Shown piece after piece: positions 54,266-64,000 of a DNA stretch of 64,000 bases. The DNA is taken from positions 689,893 through 753,892 of the forward strand of contig CAVQKE010000001.1 in assembly GCA_963713045.1 (NCBI GenBank), in the 5' to 3' direction. Numbering within the stretch: position 1 is the stretch's first letter; each line of letters opens with the position of its first letter. The DNA comes from an uncultured delta proteobacterium (GTDB lineage: Bacteria; Myxococcota; Myxococcia; Myxococcales; Myxococcaceae). The notes below the pieces were generated by a model. That model was not told the origin of the DNA. It saw nothing but the letters and a program-made list of their open reading frames with translations, and searched no databases. The position numbers and the translations under genes were made by a program.

Positions 54266-56035
54266 TCAGGCCGAGGCCTCAGTCCAGCCAATTCGGCGCC
54301 CCATCTCGTCGAGAAAGCGCTCAATCTCCTCGGCGGTGGACAGCCGCATGGCCTCCGCCAGCGCTTTGCGCGCCTCGGCCCGGCTGAGGCTGCGGATGCG
54401 CTGCTTGACGACGGGAATTTGGTGCGCCGTCATCGACAATTCATCCAACCCGAGCGCCAGAAGCACCAGCGTGTAGCGGGGGTCCCCGGCCATTTCCCCA
54501 CACATCGACACCGGAATACCGGCCGCCCGGGCCGCGCCGAGAATGTGCTCCAGCGCCCGCAGCACCGAGAGGTGCAGCGGCTTGTAGAGGTAGGCCACGT
54601 CCCGGTTCTGCCGGTCGATGGCCAGGGTGTATTGGATGAGGTCATTGGTGCCGATGCTGAAGAAGTCGGCCTCGGTGGCAAGCCGGTCCGCCAGCCACGC
54701 GGCACTGGGCGTCTCCACCATGATGCCCACCGGGAAGCGGCCTCCCACCCGCACCCCCTCACGGCCCAGCTCACTGCGGCAGGATTCCAATTCGCTGCGC
54801 GCATCGCGCAGCTCGGACATTCCGGAGATGAGGGGAAACATCACCCGCAGGTTCCCGTAGACGCTTGCCCGCAGCAGCGCGCGCAGCTGCGGGCGGAAGA
54901 GGTCGCGCCGCGACAGGCAGTAGCGGATGGCCCGGAGCCCCATCGCCGGGTTGGGCTCACGTTCCGGCCGCCGGCTGCCCGGCACCTTGTCCCCCCCAAG
55001 TCCAGGGTGCGAATGGTGACCGGCCGCCCCCCCATCGCCTCCAGCACGGTGCGGTAGCAGGCGTAGTGCTCGTCCTCGCTGGGCGGCTCGGTGCGGTCGA
55101 GGAAGAGAAACTCCGTCCGGTACAAGCCAATGCCCTCAGCGCCGTGGTCGAGGAGCGCCGGCAACTCCTCCAAAAATTCAATATTGCCCAGCAGCCGCAC
55201 CCGGGCCCCGTCGGTACTGACCGCGGGGCAGCTCGCGCAGGGCGACCGTTTCCTGCTCCAGCTCGGCCCAGTGCGCCCGTGCAGCCTCGAAGCCCCTCAA
55301 CGCCTCCGGCCGGGGATTGACCAGCACCACGCCCCCGGTACCATCCACCGCCACCAAGTCCCCGGGCGAAATGGTCTCACTGGCGCCCACCGCGCCGACC
55401 ACCGCCGGCGTGGCGCGGGCCCGGGCGACGATGGCGGTGTGGCTGGTCTGGCTCCCGACGTCGGTGACGAAGGCCAGGACGCGGCCGGTGCGGGCCAACA
55501 TCGCGGCATCGGCCGGCGGCAAGTCCCGCGCCACCACCACCGAACCTTCGGGAACTTCCACCGCCACGTCCACCACCTGGCCCATCAGGTTGCGCACCAC
55601 CCGGTCGGCGACGAAGTCGACGTCGGCCCGGCGCTCGCGGAAGTATTCATCGGCGATGTTGTCGAAGGCGTGCTTCAGCTTCCGGGTGACGCGGCGCACC
55701 GCCCACTCCGCGTTGATGCGGTCCGCGGCAATAATCCGGTTCACCTCATCCAGCAGCATCGGGTCCCGCAGCATCAGCCGGTGCGCCTCGAGGATGAGCG
55801 CGTGGTCCTTGCCGTCGCTTCGCTCGAGCTGCTCCTTCAGCTCCGCCAGCTGATGGTCCGACAGGTCGATGGCCGTCTTCATCCGCATCAGCTCCGGCTC
55901 CACCTCGGGCTGCGAGATGCGCAGCTTGGGCGTCCGCAGCCGGCGGCGGTCCAGAACGAAGGCCCGGCCCAGGCTGAAGCCCGGGCTGGCGCCGATTCCG
56001 TGGATGGTGCAGCTCGGGGTGGCCTGCTCGCTCAT
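54266..56035 (-). CDS. ptsI: PTS enzyme I; two apparent indels near 55226 (G4) and 54994 (C7)
   Basis: GIGASPG, TSHTAIVAR (phospho-His), GIGLYRTEF, IRTLDLG, NPAMGLRAIR, MVETP, SIGTNDL, CGEMAG. Confidence 0.93.
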
Positions 56036-56310
56036 CGACTTTCTCCGAAGCGGCTGCCAATCAACCGCCCCAACTCCTCCAGGCACTGCTTGGCACCCTC
56101 TCCAGAGCAGGTGATTTTCACGCGCATCCCCTGGGCCGCGGCAAGCATCAGCACCCCCATGATGGACTTGCCATTCACCGTTTGTCCCTCACACTCGAGC
56201 TGCACGTCGCAGGGGTACTTGTTGGTGGTCTGGACGAGTTGAGCAGCGGCCCGCGCGTGCAGGCCCAGCTCATTCACAATCTCGTATTCGGCTTCCACCA
56301 CTTCCGCCAT
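56032..56310 (-). CDS. ptsH: Phosphocarrier HPr
   Basis: NELGLHARAAA (His15), NGKSIMGV (Ser46). Confidence 0.95.
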   Translation of the reverse strand: MAEVVEAEYEIVNELGLHARAAAQLVQTTNKYPCDVQLECEGQTVNGKSIMGVLMLAAAQGMRVKITCSGEGAKQCLEELGRLIGSRFGESR

Positions 56311-56347
56311 TCGGCCTCCGACCGGCCCCGCTGGGGAGCCGGTTAGC

Positions 56348-57115
56348 TTACAGGAAGGCGCCGGCGACGCCGGCCAACAGTCCCGCCACCACCAGCAGCG
56401 CGTAGGGGGATACCCCGCGGGCCACCAACCCGTAGGACAGGGCACCGAAGCCCATCGAGCCCACCGCCAACAGTGGGCCGGCCCAGCCGCCCTGGTGGGT
56501 TCCGAATTGGAGCGCCAGCCAGGCGGCAATCCCTCCCGCGCACGACGCCGACACCGCGCGCAGCCGCGCCCCCCACAGTGGCAAGTGCTCCTCGGCAATG
56601 CCCTCCACCAGACGGTCCCCCATCGTCACGCCGAGTTGGAACAGCTTGATGCGCAGCGCGAGGTGGACGCTGTTGTACAGGACCACGAAAAGCACCGCGG
56701 CCCACGCCCCCAGCGCCGGCACCAGCGCGCAGCACAGCGCCCCCACCGCCGGCTTGAGGGAAAGCCAGAAGAAGCCGTCGCCCAGCGCCGCCAGCGGCCC
56801 CATCAGCGCCTGCTTGAAGGCCACCACCCGCTCCGGCCCCTCCTCCCCCCGGGCAATGCGCTCCTCGTGGTACAGCACGCCGCCCACAATGGCTGCCGCC
56901 ACGTAGGGGTGGGTGTTGAAGGGGCTCAAGTGCCGCTCGACGGCGGCCTGGCGGGCAGCCGGCTGGGGGTACAGCCACTCCAGGGCCGGGTACAGCGCCC
57001 AGGCCAGCCCGAGGTTTTGCATTCCCTTGGGGTTCCAACTCGCCTGAAGAAACAGCGAGCGCCGGAAGACGCGCCAGCGCACTGCCCGGGGCAGCGCCGA
57101 AGGGGAGCCCCTCAT
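56348..57115 (-). CDS. PTS mannose/fructose/sorbose family IID
   Basis: LQASWN..GMQNLG, FNTHP, MGPLAALGDGFFW. Confidence 0.92.
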   Translation of the reverse strand: MRGSPSALPRAVRWRVFRRSLFLQASWNPKGMQNLGLAWALYPALEWLYPQPAARQAAVERHLSPFNTHPYVAAAIVGGVLYHEERIARGEEGPERVVAFKQALMGPLAALGDGFFWLSLKPAVGALCCALVPALGAWAAVLFVVLYNSVHLALRIKLFQLGVTMGDRLVEGIAEEHLPLWGARLRAVSASCAGGIAAWLALQFGTHQGGWAGPLLAVGSMGFGALSYGLVARGVSPYALLVVAGLLAGVAGAFL

Positions 57116-57825
57116 CGCCGCAGCCATCCGGAAACCAGAATGCCCAGCACCACCGAGGCGCCGGCCAGCACCGCCCACAAGCCGCCGCGCTGGGCATGGC
57201 TTCCGCGGGCGGCCAGCGCGGCCGCCACGCAGGCCATGGCCGGGAAGGCCCAGGCCAGTCCGCGTAGGGCCTCCAGCGGGAGCGCGTGGACCAGGGGGCT
57301 GAGGGCAAAGCCCAGCACCGCGCAGCCCGCGGTCAGAAGGCCAAAGGCCCCGACGTACGGCAGGGGCCCATAGCCGTGCAGCCGCACCGCCCGTTCCAAC
57401 TCTCCCTTGCGCGCCAGCTCCAGGGCGCGGTCGGCCAGCCCGGAGGAGATGCCTTCGAGTCGGCGGTCGACGCCCCGTCCGAGGAGGCCCAAGCCGGCAA
57501 ACAACAGCAGCGCCACCGCCCACAGGGCCGGAGTCCCCCCGCCGCCCTCGCCGGTGGCCATGCAGGCACTGGCGGCGGTGGTGCCACAGGCGGCCAGCGT
57601 TTCATTCTCCGGCAGCGCGGCGCCCAGTGCCGCTGAGCCGAGGTGAAACAATTCCAGAAGCATGCCGATGTAGAGGCCGGTCTCGAGCTCGCCCAACAAC
57701 AGGCCCATGCCGGTGGCCGCCACCAGGGGACGGCTGAACATCGCCTGCAAGAAGGCGCGGCGCTCGAGTGCGAGAAGGCCACCCCAGCCGCCAGCAACGG
57801 CGACATCCTGCCAGTGCACCACCAT
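57112..57825 (-). CDS. PTS mannose-family IIC
   Basis: QAMFSRPLV, GLYIG..LEL..LG..LGAALP; position between IIB and IID. Confidence 0.85.
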   Translation of the reverse strand: MVVHWQDVAVAGGWGGLLALERRAFLQAMFSRPLVAATGMGLLLGELETGLYIGMLLELFHLGSAALGAALPENETLAACGTTAASACMATGEGGGGTPALWAVALLLFAGLGLLGRGVDRRLEGISSGLADRALELARKGELERAVRLHGYGPLPYVGAFGLLTAGCAVLGFALSPLVHALPLEALRGLAWAFPAMACVAAALAARGSHAQRGGLWAVLAGASVVLGILVSGWLRR

Positions 57826-57839
57826 GGCGAAGCGGCGGC

Positions 57840-58322
57840 TTAGCCCTTCTCGAAGCGCTCGGCCATCTCGGCGAAGCCAATGGGCCGGTCACTGGGTACC
57901 CCCCGCGCTTCGATTTCCACGCCGCTGGCCGCCAACGCCCGCAGCTGCTCGACTTCGTCTGGACTGAGGTACACCGAAGCCGACACCGGACGCCGTCCCG
58001 GCGCATGGTGGACGTTGCCCAGGTTGAGGTGTCGCAGCGGCAGGCCGCGGCTCCGCGCCCGCAGCAGCGCCGCCACGTCTCGCACCAGCACCAACGTCCG
58101 GACACTGTCTTGGTCCAACCGCGCGAAGGGCACCTCGTCCAGGCGCGAGATGTCCACCTCCACCCCGGGAGGGACGGCCAGCCCCATTGCCGCCCGCATC
58201 AGCGGACTTTCGGCGGCCTCGTCATCGGCCACCACCACCCTCGTCACCTTCAGCAACGGCAACCAGGCCTCCACCACCTGTCCGTGGATGAGCCGGCTGT
58301 CGATGCGAACGTGAACAATCAC
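57840..58322 (-). CDS. PTS mannose-family IIB
   Basis: VRIDSRLIHGQV, LNLGNVH. Confidence 0.92.
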   Translation of the reverse strand: MIVHVRIDSRLIHGQVVEAWLPLLKVTRVVVADDEAAESPLMRAAMGLAVPPGVEVDISRLDEVPFARLDQDSVRTLVLVRDVAALLRARSRGLPLRHLNLGNVHHAPGRRPVSASVYLSPDEVEQLRALAASGVEIEARGVPSDRPIGFAEMAERFEKG

Positions 58323-58435
58323 CCTGCACCCTCCCGCGAAAAAAGACCGCCGCGGGCCGACGCTAGAGAGACGGCCTGACGCCCGGCGCCATTCACTTCG
58401 CCCCTTTTTGGGCGGGCTCCCTGACGCCCGGCCCT

Positions 58436-58888
58436 TTAGGAGTGCCCGGGGACGTTGCCTGGCGCCGAGGCCGCGGCACGCGCCGCTGCGGCACGAAGCC
58501 GCTCGGAGGCGCAGGTGATGTTTCTCTGCGTGTACTCCGCCAGGGTGGCAGCCAGCTCGGGCAGCGGCAAGTGCTCCTTGCGAAGCGAGGCCGCCTTGAG
58601 AAGCATCGGCAAATTCACCCCGGCCAGGACCTCCAGGTGTTCCCGCTGAACCAGCATCAGCGACTCTTTGCAGGGCGTCCCGCCAAAGAGGTCGGCCAGC
58701 ACCAGCACTCCCTCGCCGGAGTCGAGCTGGTGGACCGCATCTCGCATCTTCTGGCGGATGACGTCCGGGGTACTTCCCGGCTCGATGCCGACGGTTTTCA
58801 CCTCGGCAATCGGACCGACGATTTGCTCGGCGGTCGCCACCAGTTCCTCTGCGAGACGTCCATGGGCTGCAACGACAAGCCCGACCAT
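58436..58888 (-). CDS. PTS mannose-family IIA
   Basis: VAAHG, DLFGGTP, GVNLPML. Confidence 0.92.
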   Translation of the reverse strand: MVGLVVAAHGRLAEELVATAEQIVGPIAEVKTVGIEPGSTPDVIRQKMRDAVHQLDSGEGVLVLADLFGGTPCKESLMLVQREHLEVLAGVNLPMLLKAASLRKEHLPLPELAATLAEYTQRNITCASERLRAAAARAAASAPGNVPGHS

Positions 58889-59041
58889 ACCTTCACCTCT
58901 TCCCGACCCCGGGGCGGCCATTACTCCCAGTAGTGGGCCGCCGCAAGAGTCGCTTTCACCCCCATTCCATAACGCATGCAAGCCAGTTGCGCCCGTGGCC
59001 TGCCAACAGGTGGCGCACCGCTGACCCCCTCCATTGGGAGG

Positions 59042-59066
59042 GCCTCCCCCCCCCCGGGGGGGAGGC
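59042..59066. repeat. Intercistronic GC hairpin immediately after the rapZ stop
   Basis: GCCT-C10-G7-AGGC, an 11-bp perfect stem with no U-tract. Confidence 0.6.
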
Positions 59067-59068
59067 TT

Positions 59069-59935
59069 TCATTCCTTGTCGATGTCCCGGTGCTGGGAGC
59101 GGATGCCGGGGAAGCTTTTGCCCAGGCGCCGCAGCAGCTCCTCGGCCAAAGCCACCGAGCGGTGCTTGCCGCCGGTGCAGCCAAGACCCACCGTCAGGTA
59201 CACCTTCCCCTCGCGTTGGTAGCGCGGGAAGAGGAATTCGCACAGCGACTCCACCCGCGCCAGAAACTCCACGGCCCCGTCGGCCTCCAGCACGTACTGC
59301 GACACCCGGCGGTCCAACCCGGTGAGGCCCTTCAATTCGGGGACAAAGAAAGGGTTGGGCAAGAAGCGCGCGTCAAACAGGAGGTCCGCCTGCGGCGGCA
59401 CGCCGTAGCGGTAGCCGAAGGACAGAAGGGTGAGGTTGGGCTGCCCGTTCCCCTCTTCGCCAAAGCGGGCCTGCACTTCGCGCTTCAGCTCGTGCACGGT
59501 GAGGGCGGTGGTGTCAATCACCTGGTCGGCCATCAGCCGCAGCTCCTGCAGCATCCGCCGCTCCCGGTGGAGCCCCTCGGCCACCGTCCCCTCCGGAGCC
59601 AGTGGGTGACGACGGCGGGTCTCGCTGAAGCGCCGCTGGAGGCTGTCGTCGCTGGCGTCCAGGAAGAGCACCGCCACCTGGTGGCCTTCCCGACGCAAGT
59701 CAGCCAGCACCCGCGGCGCCTCGGCCAGCATGGTGCCCTCCCGGGCATCGATGACCAGCCCCAGCCGGGTGGAGGTTCCGCCCAACTCCGCCAACTCGGT
59801 CAGACGGGGAAGCAAAAGGACCGGCAGGTTGTCGATGCAGAAGTAGCCCGAGTCTTCCAGGGCGCGGATGGCAGTGCTTTTGCCTGAGCCGGACATGCCG
59901 GTCAGCACCACAATCCGCTTACTGTCCTCGCTCAC
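59069..59935 (-). CDS. rapZ: RNase adapter RapZ (YvcJ/YhbJ)
   Basis: TGMSGSGKS, CIDNLP, RFSETRRRHPL, SFGYRYG, RFLPNP, GCTGGKHRSV. Confidence 0.95.
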   Translation of the reverse strand: MSEDSKRIVVLTGMSGSGKSTAIRALEDSGYFCIDNLPVLLLPRLTELAELGGTSTRLGLVIDAREGTMLAEAPRVLADLRREGHQVAVLFLDASDDSLQRRFSETRRRHPLAPEGTVAEGLHRERRMLQELRLMADQVIDTTALTVHELKREVQARFGEEGNGQPNLTLLSFGYRYGVPPQADLLFDARFLPNPFFVPELKGLTGLDRRVSQYVLEADGAVEFLARVESLCEFLFPRYQREGKVYLTVGLGCTGGKHRSVALAEELLRRLGKSFPGIRSQHRDIDKE

Positions 59936-60900
59936 TCGACTTCGTCCCCCAGCGGCCGACGCATGGCCCCGGCGGCGATGGCCCGGTTCAGCCGCTCGGC
60001 GAAGTCCCGGGCGGAATGGTGCCCCTGCAGCTTGAGGAGGTGGTTCCGGGAGGCCACTTCAATCAGCGTGGTGAGGTTGCGTCCCGGCCGGACCGGCAGC
60101 GTGGCCAGGGGCAAGTCCACCCCCAGGACGCTGAAGAAGCGGTCCTTCAGCCCCAGCCGGTCGTATTCCTGCTCCGGGTCCCACTCCACCAACTCGATGA
60201 CCAGCTCCACCTTCTTCCGGTCTCGGACGGCCGCCACGCCGAACAAGTCCTTGATGTTGATGATGCCGAGACCGCGAATCTCCATGTGGTGCTTGATGAC
60301 TGGGTTGCCCACGCCATGCACCGTCCCCGCCCGCCGCCGGGACACTTCCACGATGTCATCCGCCACCAGGCGGTGGCCGCGCATGATGAGGTCCAGCGCA
60401 ATCTCGCTCTTGCCGATGCCACTCTTGCCCAGCAGCAGAATGCCCACCCCAAAGACGTCCATTAAAACGCCGTGAAGGCTGGTGGCCTCGGTGAGGGCCT
60501 CCTCCAGAAAAGCGCTGACTTTCTCGATGAAGACGGACGACATCAACGGCGTCTTCATCAGCGGCAGGCCGGTCTTCTGGCAGGCCTCCACCAGCGGCGG
60601 CGGCGCCGGCAAGTCCTTGGTGACCACCACACAGGCAATCTCAGTGTCGGAGAGAATCTTCTCCAGGGCCGCCTGCTGCTCCTCCAGGGTCAGCGTCTCC
60701 AGGTAGCTGACTTCGGTGTTCCCAAACACCTGCACGCGCTCCGGGTGCAGATGCTCGGTGAAGCCAGCCAGGGCCAGCCCTGGCTTTTGGATGCGCGGGC
60801 TGGTGATGCGCCGGTCGAGTCCCTCCGCCCCGGCGACAAGCGTGAGCTGTAAGCCGAAGTCCCTGTCCTCCAGCAGCCGGGAAATCTTGATGGAGCCCAT
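59932..60900 (-). CDS. hprK: HPr kinase/phosphorylase
   Basis: QKPGLALAG, LHGVL, GKSGIGKSE, LVADD, MEIRGLGII, PVRPGRN. Confidence 0.96.
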   Translation of the reverse strand: MGSIKISRLLEDRDFGLQLTLVAGAEGLDRRITSPRIQKPGLALAGFTEHLHPERVQVFGNTEVSYLETLTLEEQQAALEKILSDTEIACVVVTKDLPAPPPLVEACQKTGLPLMKTPLMSSVFIEKVSAFLEEALTEATSLHGVLMDVFGVGILLLGKSGIGKSEIALDLIMRGHRLVADDIVEVSRRRAGTVHGVGNPVIKHHMEIRGLGIINIKDLFGVAAVRDRKKVELVIELVEWDPEQEYDRLGLKDRFFSVLGVDLPLATLPVRPGRNLTTLIEVASRNHLLKLQGHHSARDFAERLNRAIAAGAMRRPLGDEVE

Positions 60901-60936
60901 GCCGGTGTCCGTGAGTTAATCACGAGCCCCCTCCCC

Positions 60937-62455
60937 ATGCCTCCTGCCTCGTCCCCCGCGCCGTCCTGGACTGCCGAGCGCACGGCCACGCTTGTGCTTT
61001 GGACGGCTCTGGCCGTGGGAGGCGCCCTCCGGGCCTGGCTGGCCCTCACCGACGCCGGCATTTACTGGCCCGACGAGATTTACCAGTCACTGGAGCCGGC
61101 CCACCGGCTGGTGTGGGGCCGAGGCCTGGTGGCCTGGGAGTTTTTGGACGGGGCCCGGCCCTGGACGTTGCCCGCCTTGGTCGCCGCCTTTTGGACGCCG
61201 CTGCGCCTTCTTGGCGTCTCCAGTCCGAACGTCTACGTCCCGGCGGTGAAGCTTCTCTTCGGCGCGGTGGGCGTGGCCACCGCCTGGGCCACGGCGCGGC
61301 TGGCCCGTGTCCTGGGGGCCGAGCCCCTGCCGGCGGCGGCGGCCGGGGCACTGTGGGCGTTGGCGGCCCCGGCCATCTACTTCTCGGTGCGCGGGCTGTC
61401 CGAACCGCTCTCCGCCCTCCCGGTGACGCTGGGCCTGGCCGCCGCCTGGCCAGCCAACGCCTCCCGCCGCGGGCGGCTGTGGGGAGCGGCCCTCCTCGGC
61501 GCGGCCGTCTGGCTGCGGCTGCAGGACGCCGTTTTGTGTCTCGGGCTGTTGGTGGCGTTGCTCGGCCGGGACAACGCCGGGCGGCGCTGGAAGCCGCCGG
61601 CGTGTTTGCCGTGGCGGCGTTGGGGCTGGGCCTGTTGGACTGGGCCACCTGGGGCCACCCGTTCCAGTCGGCACTCGTCAACCTGCGCTTCAACCTCCTC
61701 CACCTTCCCCACCCCGAATGCGCCGCCCGGCGTGACGGGCGTGCTGGCGACCGGCGGCACCGCCTGGGGCGCCTCGGACGCCAGCTACTACCTCCGGGTG
61801 CTGTGGCGGGCCATGCCCGGGGTGACGGCCGTGCTGGCGGCGGGGGCGGTGCTGGCCGCCCGGAGGGCACCGGGGCTGTGCGCCCTGGTGGCCGCCTTCG
61901 TCGCCCTCCACTCGCTTCTGCCCCATAAGGAATTTCGCTTTATTCTCCCCGTGCTTCCGGCCTGGGCGGCCTTGGCCGGCCTTGGCATGGACACCGCCGC
62001 GCGCTGGGTGGCCGCCCGCCGCCCGCGCCTGGCGGGCTGGGTGGTGGCGCCGGCACTGCTGGCCGCGGCCGTCTCGGCCGCGCACTTCCGCCAGCTTACT
62101 TTCGGGGACCTCGGCGCTTACGAAAATGAAAAGCCCCAGGCCAGCGCCTACCAGGACTTCGCCGGCGTCAACCGCCTCCTCAGCTTTGCCGGCGCGCTGC
62201 CAGACGTGTGCGGCCTCAAAGTCGAGGCCCTGCACATGGCCTGGACCGGGGGCTACACCTATTTCCACCGCGACGCCCGGCTCTATTCCCAAGCGGGCCC
62301 CCCGCGGAATTCAGGCAAATTCAACTACGTGCTGACGCTGCGCTATGCCGTGCGCCCAGCCCTGGTGCCGGGCTGAGGCAGGGCCTTACGTCCTGGCGCA
62401 GCTGTCGGCCGGCCCCTGTCTTCCAGACGCCGCTTTCTCGTGGCGTCTCCCCTAG
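60937..62455 (+). CDS. GT-C mannosyltransferase-like protein (Alg9/PIG-B GT22-like); apparent indels near 61570, 61710 and 62369
   Basis: WPDEIYQSLEPAH...WEF..G.R, HKEFRFILP. The hydrophobic segment LLDWATWGHPF...RFN is in an alternate frame, and the likely C-terminus continues to TAG 62455. Confidence 0.8.
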
Positions 62456-62497
62456 CCGCCGCTACAGTTGGGAGGCAACCAGCCAAAGGGGTGACGG

Positions 62498-62856
62498 ATG
62501 GCGGACTGCCTCTTCTGCAGAATTGTCGAGGAAAAGTCCCGGCCAACGTCGTCTACCGGGACGCGCAGTGCATTGGCTTTGACGACATTCACCCGGCAGC
62601 TCCGGTGCACGTCCTCTTCGTCCCCAAGCGGCACCTGGAAGGCGTCAACACCCTCACCGAAGCGGACCGTGCAGAGGCCGGGCAGCTGTTTCTCGCCGCG
62701 GCCGCCTACGCCCGCCAGCGGGGCCTGGAGGCGTCCGGCTACCGGGTGGTGGCCAACGTCGGCCCGGACTCCGGCCAAAGCGTCTTTCACCTCCACCTGC
62801 ACCTGTTGGGGGGAAAGCCCCTCCACCTCAACGCGGACACCGGGCGCGGGGACTAG
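62498..62856 (+). CDS. HIT family (HinT-like) nucleotide-binding protein; one apparent indel near 62531
   Basis: MADCLFCRIV in one frame; DIHPAAPVHVLFVPK and GQSVFHLHLHLLGG in the next. Confidence 0.9.
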
Positions 62857-62906
62857 CCTCCGGACACTGGCCGACGGCCCCGGCCTCGGCTATGCAGCCT
62901 CTCGCC

Positions 62907-63379
62907 ATGAAGCCCGCTCCCCTGCTGAGCCTCTGGGTGCTTGCCGTTGCCGCCGGCTGCTATTCCTACAGCGAGCCGCCCCTGCCCACCAACACCCGTT
63001 CCGTCACCCCGCACAGCCGGCAGCTGGCCGCCTCGGGCTTGGACGTCCCCCTCACCACGCCCGGCGCCTACCAGCGCAGCGGCATGTCCGGCACCACTTC
63101 CGACGTGGACGACGAGGCCGAGACGCTGTTCGCCATGCAGGAGATGGCCTGGGCCGACCCGGGCCTTGGAAGTTCCCGCCCGCAGGCGGACCTCGACGCC
63201 CCGAATGAATTGCGCAACGCCACGCCGCGGGGCGCCGTTTCCGCCCGTCGGACCACTACTTCATCAACGGCGTGGACACGGGGCCCAGCACCGATGCCAT
63301 GCCGGGCACCGGAGGTCCGGGCAAACTGAAGCTGCGCAAGGCCGCCGAGACAGCGGCGTTGAAGGCCGCTGAGGAGTGA
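62907..63379 (+). CDS. Hypothetical lipoprotein (possible indel near 63243)
   Basis: MKPAPLLSLWVLAVAAG-C lipobox; codon pattern suggests the C-terminus continues in another frame (SDHYFINGVDTG...AAEE*). Confidence 0.55.
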
Positions 63380-63424
63380 CATGGCAGCGGGCGACCCCTG
63401 ACGCCCGTCTGCCCTGAGCAGCAC

Positions 63425-64000
63425 TTAGCCGCCAAAGCGCACCGGGACCAGGAAGCACCCCGGGAGGGCTGGAAGCGGGGCAGCGCCCGGCACCACGCAC
63501 TCCAGGGCAGAGGCGTCCAACAGCGGCGAGCCGGTGCTGCCTTCCAGCCGAAGCGCCGTTGCCGCCCCGTGGGCGTCCAGGCAGAAGTGCACCGGCACCT
63601 CCCCTTGCAGCTGAAAGCGACGCGCGGCCGCCGGGTAGCAACGGCGCGCCGACTCTGCCAGCCGGCGGTGTAACTCGCCGAGGAGTGAGGAGGCGCCGGG
63701 CGACCGCGGCCCGTCGCCGCCTTCGCCGCCGGACGCGGCGCCTGGGCCGACGCTGCTGGACGGACTGGGGCCTTCCGCGGCCGTGGCCGTCGCCTCTTCC
63801 CCGGCGAGGGGAAATTCGTTCCCTACGGCCGTGTCCACCGGCGCCTGAAGGACTGCGTCGACGCGTCTTGCCGCCACGGGCCGCGACGGGTGCGGCGGCC
63901 ACCGCCGGGCTGGCGCTGGAAGGGCCAAAGGGCCAGGGACGGCGGCTTCTTCGGACGGCTGGGGTAACGCCACCAGGTGGAGGGCCAGCGGGGCCTTGAA
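63425..64000 (-). CDS. TonB C-terminal domain protein (5' end outside window)
   Basis: Pro/Ala/Gly-rich linker, then YPAAARRFQLQGEV.V.F and STGSPLLDASAL. Confidence 0.8.
   Translation of the reverse strand, partial: FKAPLALHLVALPQPSEEAAVPGPLALPAPARRWPPHPSRPVAARRVDAVLQAPVDTAVGNEFPLAGEEATATAAEGPSPSSSVGPGAASGGEGGDGPRSPGASSLLGELHRRLAESARRCYPAAARRFQLQGEVPVHFCLDAHGAATALRLEGSTGSPLLDASALECVVPGAAPLPALPGCFLVPVRFGG

Noticed and set aside
58375..58432. CRISPR array or mobile-element ends
   Set aside because: Only two 13-bp copies; no cas, transposase or integrase gene anywhere in the window.
58960..59010. Sigma54 promoter before PTS IIA
   Set aside because: TGGC and TTGC elements are present but not at the GG-N10-GC spacing with a TTGC -12 box.

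Overview
Very GC-rich bacterial DNA whose gene content points to a myxobacterium (Myxococcota; inferred). The window is mostly core genome: the 5' part of a giant (>2000 aa) TPR-like protein divergent from a membrane Ser/Thr kinase, argC-argB, astA, an acyl-CoA dehydrogenase, a chemoreceptor (MCP) fused to a family-5 solute-binding domain, a membrane GGDEF cyclase, mscL, a GH5-like protein, an ECF sigma/anti-sigma/RlmN-like operon, malQ-tamA-tamB-exbB-exbD-tonB, purEK, manC-PMM, uppP, mltF, ahcY, metK and an hprK-rapZ-mannose-family PTS cluster flanked by two GT-C-type glycosyltransferases. About 15 single-base indels break otherwise intact genes and are most likely long-read consensus errors. 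No rRNA, tRNA, CRISPR array or mobile element was seen. The most interesting candidates are the MCP with an apparently cytoplasmic solute-binding domain, a TAM module in one operon with a Ton motor but no TonB-dependent receptor, a divergent RlmN/Cfr-family enzyme coupled to an ECF sigma, a GH5-like protein lacking its nucleophile, and a CGNR regulator with paired operators controlling an unannotated 49-aa membrane protein.
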